This document shows positions 15,960 through 28,468 of a stretch of 64,000 bases of DNA, piece by piece. The stretch is from positions 177,754,001 through 177,818,000 of the forward strand of contig OZ024742.1 of assembly GCA_964016885.1 (NCBI GenBank), in the 5' to 3' direction. The notes below the pieces were generated by a model. It did no database searches, was not told the DNA's origin, and was given only the letters and a program-made list of their open reading frames with translations. This stretch comes from Eledone cirrhosa (taxonomy: Eukaryota). Position 1 is the stretch's first letter. The number at the start of each line of letters is the position of its first letter. The translations under genes were made by a program, and so were the position numbers.

Positions 15960-16535
15960 GGTGTGGTCAGCAACGATAGAAATGTCATGCCTCCTCATTC
16001 TTTCGTCCGGGCTTATGAGTCAACACTGCTGTACTCAAAGAGGAGTTGTGAAGCCCTGGATTGACAGAGAAAAGAACGGAAAACCGTTCGGCTTCCAACA
16101 ATACGCCGCGCCATCTCATGAGGCCGGATGGACACAAGCATTAGATGAGTGAAAATCTCCACGACGACATTTTTTCCAGTCAAATGGCCTCTAGCTTACC
16201 AGGCCTCAATCACCTGGACTATTACGTATGGGGCGTAGTTGAAAGAGAGGATAACCATCAACCTCACAACACTATAGAATTTCTCAAGTCCACCATTGCC
16301 AGCAGAATATCGAGTTTTGATAGCGGTCATCTAATTCAAGCATGTCATGCCAACACTTAAGACCCTGTATTGAAGCAGACATTGACGCCAACGGAGGATT
16401 CATTGAATAGATATCATAGATGTCTTGTGAATAATATTTTTACCAATTTGTATCTAAATATAGCATTTCTTTGATAAGCTATGCGTCATATTCTAAATTC
16501 ATGCAAATGTTCTCAAAAACATGACGCAACCTATA
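15960..16535 (+). mobile_element. Tc1/mariner transposase 3' remnant
   Basis: FQQYAAPSH (QQD-APxH) and SLPGLNHLDYYVWGVVE (SPDLNPLDY) motifs in ORFs 15952 and 16145. Confidence 0.8.
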
Positions 16536-16571
16536 TATAAATATATATATATATATATATACAGATAGAGG

Positions 16572-16634
<63 letters not shown>

Positions 16635-18288
16635 TTGTTAATTATAAATATATATAGATATATGCGTGTGTTTTGTGTGTATGTGTGAGTGCCTCTATAC
16701 GTACCCGAGACTGCGTAAATTTACACGTTTTATATATAGATATGATAAATGAAAAATATACGTGTATACTGAAAAAATATACATGTATACTGAAAGAATG
16801 ATAAATGCTCTTAAATGATTTTCGAAACTAGTTGTGTTTTCACCAGGAGGAATATATATCATCTAAAAATTCACAATGAAATACGTAACCTAGCGGTTTA
16901 TATACAATATCATGTATAGTAGTACATTGAAATAGACGTACCAATTTAAATATCATTAGCACGCATGCTGGTATTTAATTAAGAGATATATTACGTTGTT
17001 CACTAAGCAGCCTAAGTATGTAATAAAGTTATATATTTATATAAAGTATAGTGTTATTATAGAATGTATATACGGTATAAAGGTAATCTAGAATTTGTTT
17101 ACAAATTTTCACATCTTTGTTCCAGTTTAATCTCTTTATAATGATTTTCTCTATTTAGGAATAATATCGTTTGAATGAGAATTATCGTTCTCAATGAAGT
17201 ATATATTCATGGCGTTTTGTAATCAGGCAGTTTTTTATTGCTATATTTTAGTAGAAGGCTGTGTGTATATTATTCACGATGTGTTAACTGATTAATAATA
17301 AAGATGGTAATAAAGCTTATAGTGCTAAATACTGTTTGGTTTTTGTAGGTTGATATATGATATTGTAATTGCAAGAGAAGCGTACGTAACAGAAGCTGCA
17401 GAAGTTTTGAATATTCGTATTAATAACTTAATTAAGAACTGTGCTGTTTGCTTAAAGATTTTATGGACCCTCTTTTTGATGAGTTCTTATATCTAATCTA
17501 AAGTCTGTGTAGGTTATAAATCTTGTCAATATTCTGGACATCTGAGTTGCTTTCATTAAACCAGGTGTGGTGTTTTCTCATGGGATACTCTACGATTTAT
17601 AAGGAGGTTCCAAAGGTGGAATCTTTGAGTACTTTTCAGGAAGACTCAATGTCATCAGAGTCGAGACATGAGTCGAGGGAGGAGTCAAATTTTGCAGAAC
17701 ACTACAGCCTCCTATCAGTGGATCTTAAAAGCACCCAGATCAGCCGTGGGTCAAGTGGCTTTTGAAGACGCCTGGGGAGGGGAGGGGGTGAGTCATGCCT
17801 ATGTGTAATGACATAATCGACCACGTGCCAATTCATGGATTTAGGATGCATCTATGTTGTCCTATGGCTGCAGCTTGTTGTAAAAAGCTATTAGTGAAGC
17901 TAATATCAAATTTCTTGCAGAGTGTAAGCAACATAAGCCCGTTTGAGTTCATAACTCTGACTCCGTTAAACCCGCGAACGTCACACATTTAATAGTCATT
18001 TCCAATACTACCATTGATATCTCTCACCATGAGGAGCATGGATAGAACGGTGGGATCACTGGGTGAAGCTGATCATAAAATGTTACGATATCCTTCTCAA
18101 ATGAATAAAAGGCTGTGGCGAAACAATTCCCTAGTTTTACAGAGGTGTTGTTTGCTAAATCTGAAGAAAGACTCATGATACAATCACTGTTATTTTGGGG
18201 AATGACGTTAGGGATCTAGCAATGTCAGATCTAATGATAAAACCAATACCAGTTTTATGGTGGTTTTCTTCATTTCTTTTGAGCCAGA

Positions 18289-18351
<63 letters not shown>

Positions 18352-18482
18352 GGAAAGTTATATTTAAAATTGTTGGGTTACAACTAGTAAATATTTATAC
18401 CTGGTATAAAAGCACTCGACAAATATTTGGAGTATATTTACAATATTAAATAAATGGAAAACTATATTTATAAAACCATATT

Positions 18483-18548
18483 TATTTCATTATATATATT
18501 TCGGGGATATCATATTAACAATATGCTATGCCTTCATCAGACAAAATA
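18483..18548 (-). ncRNA. Type I hammerhead ribozyme motif (family A)
   Basis: Reverse complement of the 18703 motif. Confidence 0.75.
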
Positions 18549-18702
18549 CAATATAAACAGTTTTATAGATAAATAGGTTCGACATACCGTTATAACACCG
18601 ACTTCATTTGAAGAGGTTGAAGAGCCAGCGTAAACCTCTTCAAATGAAGTCGGTGTTATAACGGTATGTCGAACCTATTTTTCTATAAAACTGTTTATAT
18701 TG

Positions 18703-18768
18703 TATTTTGTCTGATGAAGGCATAGCATATTGTTAATATGATATCCTCGAAATATATATAATGAAATA
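18703..18768 (+). ncRNA. Type I hammerhead ribozyme motif (family A)
   Basis: tattttgt-CTGATGA-agg..catatt/aatatg..cct-c-GAAA-tatata-TA-atgaaata. Stem I is 8 bp and stem III is palindromic. Confidence 0.78.
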
Positions 18769-18795
18769 AATATGGTTTAATAAATATAGTTTTCC

Positions 18796-18840
<45 letters not shown>

Positions 18841-19318
18841 TAAACGGAATAGAAAATGCTGACAAATTGTTCACAGTTGAAAAATGGTTTAATTAGGAAT
18901 AAAAGAGTATTAGTGATTGTATGGGTTAGTATTCAGTTGTGGTTTTAAGTTTTTAAGTTTTTACCGGTTGCGCATTTCTAAATGCTTTTAAAAAATAATT
19001 TTGAGATAGAGTGTCCGTGCTGTTTGCTCTGATCTGATTAGTTTTGGGAATTCTACCTGTTTTTATGTTAAAAAAGTGGCTCCAGCGTTATTTTTGTGTT
19101 GCAAAAATGCTTGTGATCAAAACAATTTTGATTGGTCGGTAGAGGTCATGTGAATGTAAAAAGTTGATTTTGCGCCAAGACTGTTTTTATGTTAAAAAAG
19201 TGGCTCCAGCAAAAATTCTTGGTCAGTAAGAATGTGTCTGAAAGCAATGGGGGGTATTTTAGCATGTCAAAAGATATTTTTCAGCTTTTGTCTTATACGG
19301 AGAAGTGCGTGTGTGTGT

Positions 19319-19363
<45 letters not shown>

Positions 19364-19619
19364 AGTCTCTTTGTATGTTGATGTACGCGTGTGTATGTGT
19401 TTGTGTATATATATATATGCGTGTGTGTGTGTGTGTGTGTGGGTGGACCAGTATTTTTTCCCCCTGGTAAAATGGTGTACATTATGCGATTCTTTTCAGT
19501 AAAATCGGTTCTCTTAATAGAACATCAAAAATCTTAACAATAAAAGGTGTGAAATGATATTCACTATATATATATACACATACATATATTCACTACATAT
19601 ATATATATATATACATATA

Positions 19620-21445
19620 TACATACATATTATGCACATATATTTTTTTGTATTGCACCATAGAGCATGTGTGTTTACGTGTGTGGTTGTGTTTATATGT
19701 GGGTAGAGATGTGTGCTGATGTAGGTATGTATGTTGACGTGTGTATGTTGTGGGTTCGTCTTAGGGAGAAGTGTTTAGACGGGGTCCGTATTTGTTAATG
19801 AAGTAAGATTCCTTGCTGATGCGCTGGGTGTGGGTGGCATTATCTTTAAATTTGTAGAGGGGAAAGATTCGGAAGTTGGGATGATTTTGGGCGGCACAGG
19901 TATCAATGTGTTCACTCAGTGGTATTTTCCTGTATTCCCGTATTTTAATTTGGGATCTATGGACAGTCATGCGTTGGCGGAGGCTGTTTTTGGTCTGGCC
20001 TATGTATTGTTCTCGACAACCTGAACAAGTTAATACATATATTAGATTTTCCGATGCACATGTGACATTGTGTTTTACTATAAAACGTTGTCGATCTTTG
20101 AAATAGAATTCCGAACCCTCTATTAGGTTGATGCAAATGCCACAGTTGGGTCTATCGCATTTTTTTTACTGTGGGTTTCGTTGTTGTGGTTGGCAGTACT
20201 TTGGCATGTGTTAAGATGTTTTTCATTGACTTGGATTGTCTTTCGCTCTTTATGATATCGTGTGTTCGTAGAATTTGGTTCATTCTATGGTCCTTTTTCA
20301 ATACAGGGATGTTCTGGAGGATGGTGTCAAAGGCCTCATTGTTGAGGGGGTTGTGTGTGGAGATGTATGGAAGAGCTTTTAGTTTTGGTTGATTTACTTT
20401 AGGGTGTCTAAGGTCCTGGGTACTGAGTTTTAGGGCACGTTGGATTCAATTGTCAATTAGTGATGCAGGGTAGTCCCTGCCTATGAGTGTGTCCTTTAGT
20501 TCTTGTAGCCGTAAGTAGCAGATGTTTTTATTGGAGACTATAGTACAGATTCTCTTGGCTAAGTTGTAGGGAATATTAATTTTAACGTGTCTAGGGTGGC
20601 AAGAGTTGAAGGGGAGATATTGCTTGGAGTCTGTGGGCTTGTAGTATATGTCTGTTTCTATTTTTTTGTTATGGATCTTAATGAGGATGTCGAGGAAGGG
20701 GAGTTGTTGATGGCTGTATACCATCGTGAAGTTAATATTTGTGTTGAGCCCATTTATAAGGGTGTGAAATTCTTTAAGTTTTTCGATGTTTTCGTGCCAA
20801 AGGATGAAGCAGTCATCTAGATATCGCTTCCAGTTCCTTTCAATGTGTAAGTGGAGGGTGTTTCCAAATTTGTTTAGGACTTTAGTGTAGAGGGTGATTT
20901 CCAGGTATCCCATGACTAGGTTGGCATAAGTAGGGGCTGTTTTCGTTCCCATAGCGGTCCCAGATTTCTGCCTGTAGGGTTTGTTATTGAAAACGAAGTA
21001 ATTGTTCTCCAAGATAAATTTGAGTCCCTCTATCACGAATTCTTTTTTGATGCGTTGTGGGAGTTCATTGTGGAAATTATCCAGCCAGAATTGGATAGCT
21101 TCTATTCCTAGGTTGTGGGGGATGTTGGAGTATAGGTTGACTACATCGAACGTCACTAGTAGGGTTTGTTCAGAAAGTGGCATATTAGGGAGGTGATTGA
21201 GCATATCTAGGTCGTCCCTTATATAGTTTTTGATGTGCTTGAGGACGGGTTTGAGAATGTATCAATGAAGTTGGTAAGACGGTGCGTTTCGCAAGCGGGG
21301 CCTGATATTATAGGTCTTAATTTGAGATCATTGGGTGAGGGGACATTGATGACTATGTCTGTGGCTTCCTTGCATGCCTTACTGATTGATTCGCTTTTAT
21401 GTACTTTAGGGATACCGTAGAAAAGGCTGGATTTACTTGTGGATT
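19620..21445 (-). mobile_element. Penelope-like element, Neptune-like, 5'-truncated (RT, Cys linker, GIY-YIG)
   Basis: FDVVNLYSNIP, GTAMGT, RYLDDCF, PFLDI in ORF 20446-21204. Downstream on the minus strand: CDRPNCGIC and NLIYVLTCSGCREQYIGQT...RMTVHRSQI. The clade label rests on recalled motifs. Confidence 0.92.
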
Positions 21446-22552
21446 TACCGCTAATATATATTATATATATATTAGCGGTATCCCCTCCTTCGCCTGGTCT
21501 GTACTGAGCTCAATTCCATTTATAAGGCTTCTTTTGGGATCCATCGTAATACGCAATTTACTTGAAATACAAGCTGTTAAAATGTATTTAAATTTTGCGT
21601 AGTATAGATTTAAAACTTTATTTAGATTATCTAAATACGGAAAGTAATGAAAATGTATTCTACGAAAATTATAAAACATTTACAAATCTTCAGTATATAC
21701 AATGTTTTTAATTTTTTTTTTCTTTGGGGCATATATGAAGGATTTGTGGGGTTTCCTAGTCTGTAAAAACCTACATACAATTAACCATGTGAGAAACAGC
21801 CCTCCTCTAGATGGGTACCAACAACCTGCAGTGTTAGGGACTTGTTAATGATCATTGCGTAACTGACTGTCACTGGGACTTGCAATCGTTTGAAACAAAA
21901 AGGTACATCGGTTGATATTAGCGGTTTCTAAGTATAAATACGATGACTCCCATATCACATCCAGTGAAGAATTTGACTTTGATAAGGTGAGGCTGTAGTT
22001 CAGTCATAACCAATCGCATCCCATTGCACAATCATGGATGATCCAGGGTCTGAGAATCATGATGGCTGTGCCCTTCATCAATTAAGTTTGTGTGGCAGCA
22101 TACTGGGTGGTTACAGACTGTTGATAAATTCAACGGGATAATGAACAGCATCGTCCTCGTCGACAACTTTGTCGATATATGTATAAGTCTGGCTGCCTCC
22201 ATGGATTATTTGTAAGAGATTTATGTTGATATGATAGAATTCACTGTGATGATTTGGAGGCCAAGGATTGCATTTTCACACAGCGACTCCTCGTTCGAAT
22301 GGTGGCTATCGAAATTGGAGAACGCTTGATTAATATAGTTTACAACACTTTCCACAATAGTAGAAAATGATGAAAGACTAAAACATTCTTCAGTATGAAA
22401 TGATTGTTTTTTGTATAAATCTAAACGGTTGAGAGGTGCTTATCTGTAACTCCGAGGCTCCCCTCTCCTCTCTTCCTACTGAAGAAATTTCCGAGATTTT
22501 GAAAACCCGGGCCAACACACACACGCATGTAATTCCGTTTTTTCAGAAAAGA

Positions 22553-22597
<45 letters not shown>

Positions 22598-25500
22598 ACT
22601 TACTTTCTTACGTACACACACATACGTCAATAGATACTTACTAATACATACATGCACAGGTTTACGTATATTAGGTGTTCTGAAAAAGTTGTTATTAAGT
22701 TACTTTGTTATATGTGAGCATACATTAATTATCATCAACTGATTCCATTGAATAGAGCAATACTCATATTAAGTACATTCTTTGGGTTCCTGCTATATGT
22801 TTTACTACTGATAAAAAGGTATTAATTCTGGGATGTATTTGTATTATATTCCGAACGTTAGATTATGCTCAGTTTTAATAGTTCTTGCGTTCCATTTATG
22901 GGTTGTTTAATCACGTATTTATGTAGGCTATAAGTAACATTTTCTGTTTATAAACCGAAAATGCTACTTATAAGCTACATAATAATATAATACAAAATAG
23001 GTTGTTTGTGTGGTTTTACTGTATATATGTGGTAATGAGATTTGTGTTTGTAATATTTTTATTAGTCTTCTTGTTTGTCCATCCGCTGTTTATTAGTTTT
23101 GTTCAGTTTCTTAAATATCTTTTCCAAAACCATCTCTTGTGAGTTAAGTTTTCAAGGCTCGCCGACAGCCTCTTTATAGGGAGGACGTCGCCCTCTATCC
23201 CTGGGCATATATAAGCAGTTACTTGTGTTTCATCACTATGCTAACATACTGTATGAGTTATTGTGCAGTTGTGTTGAAATGAAAACATTGCTATGTTTGT
23301 ATTAAAGCTATTTTGAAGGAAAGATTTAGGACTGGAATTATTTTAAAGATCTATTTGTAGTTTATCGATTTGTATCATTGTGTCCGTCACAATGAGTAAC
23401 ATGATAGCTGTATCAGGTATAGAGAATATGATTATGATCAGGAATAACTTTGTTTTAAACACTAGGCCTGTAGAATGCCTCACATTTTATTTTAAGGCAA
23501 AACAAAAAGACAGTCTCTTCTCTGATATACACTACTTTGAGGGTCACACAAGGTACCATCAGCAGAACAGACACCCTGGGATTTCCTAGTGTGCTCCATT
23601 ACGTAATTGGTATTTCTATACGATGGTGTTTATACATATTATCTATAGATTCATAGACAAAATATTAGACAAGTTGTATAATCATATATTTTACATCTTT
23701 AGTAGAAATATAACTTACTAGAAAACTGGTACATTACAAATCTCTGAAGTCATCCAGTTTATTCAGATGTCCAAGACGCCCTACATACTTAACCGACTTT
23801 CGAAAATAAAAAAATCATAAAAAAACAAAATTAAACTGAACCACAATTATTACATTGATACAAAATGGTTAGAAAGAAAATCTTTTTCCTTATATACACA
23901 AGAATTGAATCACACAGCTTCCGGCAGTTAAATGGTGGTGATACTGGGTGGATTCTGTATATCAAAATTTGAATATCAAAATAACAAATATATACATCTA
24001 TTTACTGGAGGATGTTAAAGGTTTTGTCTTGCCTCCTGTCCAAAGCGCATGGCAGTCCGATTAGAATCTACCTATACGCAAAAGCATGTTTCTTAATCGT
24101 GTGATTTCTTTTAGTTTTACTTCGTTTCTAATTTAAGTAATTACATTTAATTAACGTTACACAGTTCTTCTCTGAATTCTTGATTTAGTGTTATCATCTG
24201 GGACAAATATATTCATTCTTCACCTAACAACACTTCCTGCCCAATGCTGAATTTGTTCCCGTCTTTATGCTACTCACGCTTTCGCCCAGTCGTTTGTTTT
24301 TGTCGGTTATTGAAGTCACACATGTCCTTACTCTGTGCAAAAAGCCATTATTATGTTTCAACCTCATTATCACTTTTCTCTCGTTTGTTTGTATCCTTTT
24401 AATCTAACATTTATAGAGGGCTTGATTACCTCATCTATAGCCCAAGTACTGTATTTTTGCTAGTGTTATTTCGTGCTTCGTGCCAGGTATCTTCTACGTA
24501 CCTATATTTTCGATCGTTTTCTGTTGTCTCTTGTGGCATATGCAGTTTAACGTTTATACATAACTGTATGATTACGTGTTCACACAGTCACTTGTGCCGC
24601 CTGACCTCTTAATTTACGGACAGAAATCTAGTCTACTTTGGGGGCTTTTCTACGGTAGACCTCTACGAGAGGTATTGTTTCAGGCTTGAAGTTAGTTTGT
24701 GAAAGGAGGATTAAATATGGTGACAAAATATGGAAAGGAGTTAATTATTTCAGTTAGCCTATTTGCTGGATATAGTGGGCGGTATGATTGTGGAGTATAA
24801 GTACACATCAGAGGTGTGTACATAATGCAGATCGCCTGGTTGCAACAGAAAGTAGATAGATGTGATGACTGCAACCCGTAGATGACCGTTGCCAAGAACG
24901 CAGAATTTGGGGTTGTTTTAATTTATTTTCTTCTATTTATATTTTATTTGATGTCTAATTTTTATTTAAATTCTAACTTTGATTTCAATTTAATACTGAA
25001 TTTTAATTTCTTCACTCCTACTAGAGCCGCTACTTGATAGATCACAACACCGATACTATGGGCATGGGGTTAGAATATCTCAGGAAAGAATCGCTGGGCA
25101 GATTTTACGGGCAAAACCAACTTGCAGGAGATCAGTTGTAGACACTGAGCAAGATGGTTGGATAACATCCGTGAGCTTGTCTGGACTAGCTTGGGCATCC
25201 AGCCGGATCCGATGAAGGCGGTTGCTTCTGACAAGATCCGCTGGAAAGAGTGTTTCATTCTCTCAGGAATAAGTGGGCGAATAAGAAGAGATTTTATTTA
25301 TAAACAGTAAGATGATATAATAGAAGATTTTGTTTGTGATGGGAGTATCTGTGTTTCTATGTGAGGTTTATGTGTATTATAACTTGATATTTAGTAAATT
25401 ACATGGTATTTCTTGTAATTTAGACTTAATTGTAATTCTTACTTTCGTTTTGGTTGAGAGGATGTGTGTGTATGTGTGTGCATGCGTGTGTATTACTGTA

Positions 25501-25538
<38 letters not shown>

Positions 25539-25629
25539 CGGAAGAAATGTGGTAAGGAACCAGGTGGACCATAACGCACCAAAGTACTCAATACTTAGGG
25601 TAGTAGAGTGGGTAATAGGAACGAGTAGG

Positions 25630-25725
25630 ACCCCGACGGCTGAGCTCAAGCCGTTTCGACGGCTAATTCTGGACTAAATGAACATTTTTATCCTGGTATT
25701 TGAATAGCCGAGCTTCTCAAGGGGT
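25630..25725 (-). ncRNA. Hammerhead ribozyme, U3-A8 core variant (family B)
   Basis: acccc-TTGAGAA-gctcggcta...tagccgtc-GAAA-cggcttgagctcagccg-TC-ggggt, with a GUC triplet. Confidence 0.78.
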
Positions 25726-28017
25726 AATTCCATATATGGTCTAAGTGATTGTCACAGGGATTGGTCAAAAGTTTGTAGTTGAGACATAATAATTCTATGA
25801 TGGCAATTAGTGGAGGGAAGGGGTAGCTAAACCTGCCAGTAGGAGAAAGAGGGAGATGGGGTGGAGGAGACCCATTCATGCGTTGATAGTGCCGGCTACA
25901 GCTTGGTGTGAGGTCAAAGAAGATACTAGGGTGGGGGAGGGGGAGGAAGTCGAAACAGTAAGTAGAACAATGAGGGGTAATTATAGAAAAATACTGAGAG
26001 TGTTAAAAAGCAATTAAGTGTAAAAAAAACAAAACAATTTCTGGTTACTAAGACCTAAGTCTCTCACTATTGCTAGGCTAAAGAAATATACTATGTGGGA
26101 CGGAATTAAAATGAGACCCTTTTAAGAGGTATAAGTAATAAACCGAGTATATCTTACGGTAACGGGTCAACAAGTGGGGGGGGGGGGGGCAAAATACTAA
26201 AGAAACTACCACTAAATAATAAATAAAGGTTTCTACCCCTGGCACAAGGCCAGCAACCACCCAATGCAAAAAAGTAAACTAATACGAAATAATAATTCAG
26301 AGTCCCGAAAAAGAATACTAATACTATCTCTAAGGGTGCCGCCACGATACAAAAGTTGTAGTGCAAGCTACATAAAAGCTCGTACGAAGTAAAAGTAAAA
26401 GTTTGATACGGAAAATTAATTCAGAATCCCCCCCCCCCCCCCCCAAAAAAAAAGATAAATAATGATAAACGAGAAATTAAAGCAAAGATGCCACTAAGAA
26501 ATATAGAAAGCACGGCAAAGGGGCAGCGGTCGGATAAGGGGGCAAGTATCCGGGGTCTAACACATCTGGTATAAAAAGCGGAGTCGGCCAAATCTATCAT
26601 AGAATAGGGGAAGGGGTGGGGGTACTGAGGCTACAAAGGACCGAGGGGCTGCCTCGGGTGGGCGAGAAAAAGACGACGACAAAGAAATAGAACTGGGGTG
26701 GAAAGACTAGGGAGGGATGGGGGGAAGAAGGAAATAAAGAGGAGGCGATAAAAAGATATAAAAGAAGATCTTACGTCTCCCTTAGCAAGCAGGTTTACCC
26801 ATTACAAAATCGGCAAGTGGGGTGTTATAGCCCTAGTCTACCCCCCCCCCCCGGGGTCATTATGGGGTTTGAGGGCGAGGTAAGTCCTACGCAATCTATG
26901 TTTACATGCAGTAACCAGTTTATCTTTCTTGTTTAGGAGTTAGTCCGTCGAAAACAGCATTTGTAAAGTTCCTCCGAGCATAAATTGCACGGACGGCGTC
27001 CTCCCGTGTAAGAGTTGGCTCTGGACAGTAATCTCCAAGTGAGATCATATGTAATGTTGTTATCCTTGAGGTCCCATATGTGGCCCGAAAGTGTAGTGGC
27101 GTGACGCCGGGCCGGGTTTCGGAAGGTATGTCTGTGTTGGTATAGCCGGGTCTTCAAGTCACATGCGGTTAATCCTATATAAGCTTTGTTGGAGGTGTCC
27201 GTCCTCACGTTGAACTGGTAGATCATATTACGATATCTGCATCTGTTGTCGAGGGGGCAAATGGATCTATCGGGACAGTTGCACCTCCTGGTCGGCTCTC
27301 CACTGCTATTTAGCTTATTTCTTCCATTGGGGTTGAGTTTTTTGTCTTGGAGGAGACGATGTTTTGTGCAAAGTTTGGTGTAGTGCTGTAAGAGAGTTTG
27401 ATGGTATTTTTGTTAATTATGTTGTGGTAGCGGTGTTGTAGTGGGAAGTGTTTTTCAATGAGCCTAAAGAATATTTTCCCGATAGGAGTTGTCAGCTCGG
27501 TGTTGTGGGGAGGATTGAACCATGTTACATTGCGTGAGCGGCGGTGTCACCTTCTGGTTCCGCTAATGGGAGCTGGACAGTAGGATATTTCCTCCCGGAA
27601 ACCACTCCGCTTGAGGGGCTGGTTGTAATAAGGCGCATGTTCATCGAATATCTGCTCATTAGCTGACAAACGGGATATGCAGAAGGAGATGTTTTTAACC
27701 AGGTTATTGGTGATGTTCCTAGAATGGTTTGATCGGTGGTGGATATAGTGCAGGTTGTCGTTAGGTTTCCTGTATGGGTAGTACAGGTCATTATCGAGGC
27801 CGAGGGTAACGTCCAGGAAGTTTACTCGGGTCAGGGACGTGCTGTAGCCGGCACTATCAATGCATGAATGGGTCTCCTCCGCCCCCTCTCCCTCTTTCTC
27901 CTACTGGCAGGTTTAGCTACCCCTTCCCTCCACTAATTGCCATCATAGAATTATTATGTCTCAACTACAAACTTTTGACCAATTCCTGTGACAATTACTT
28001 TGACCATATATGGAATT

Positions 28018-28113
28018 ACCCCTTGAGAAGCTCGGCTATTCAAATACCAGGATAAAAATGTTCATTTAGTCCAGAATTAGCCGTCGAAACGGCTGAAGCT
28101 CAGACGTCGGGGT
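28018..28113 (+). ncRNA. Hammerhead ribozyme, U3-A8 core variant (family B, inverted copy)
   Basis: acccc-TTGAGAA...GAAA-cggctgaagctcagacg-TC-ggggt. Confidence 0.72.
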
Positions 28114-28123
28114 CCTACTCGTT

Positions 28124-28191
<68 letters not shown>

Positions 28192-28468
28192 GGAGGTGAG
28201 TTTTATTGTAGCACAATAAAGCAATGCAAATATCGGATAAGTAGCACTCCACAGTTTATAGGACTGGAGTATAAATAATATAAGATGAAAAGATGGTTAA
28301 AAGAGTTCCAAGTATGTTATTATGCGCATTTCAAAAACTTATCCGATATTTGCATTGCTTTATTGTGCTACAATAAAACTCACTCCCTACATTAACTTGC
28401 TCCTTGACTGTTTGAGCGCTAACTCTTATATTGGATACCTTTGATTGTCTCTAATGTTTCTTCTATAA

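Larger units (their letters stand above)
18451..18800. repeat. Fold-back element, 168-bp arms and 14-nt loop, each arm carrying an HHR (family A)
   Basis: 18451-18618 is the reverse complement of 18633-18800 with about 3 mismatches. The element is bounded by (TA)n. Confidence 0.92.
25537..28128 (-). mobile_element. Penelope-like element, 5'-truncated, with 288-bp inverted terminal copy
   Basis: ORF remnant 27840 to ~26880: NFLDVTL, WFNPP, CNCPDRSICPL, MIYQ...AYIGLT...CNLC. 25615-25902 is the reverse complement of 27841-28128. (TA)n lies on both sides. Confidence 0.92.

Noticed and set aside
16785-16840. CTGAAAGA...GAAACTAGTT hammerhead candidate
   Set aside because: The core has an extra base and stems I and II pair poorly. 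At best a decayed remnant.
17620-17665. Minus-strand CTGATGA...GAAA
   Set aside because: The intervening sequence does not form stem II and the flanks do not pair.
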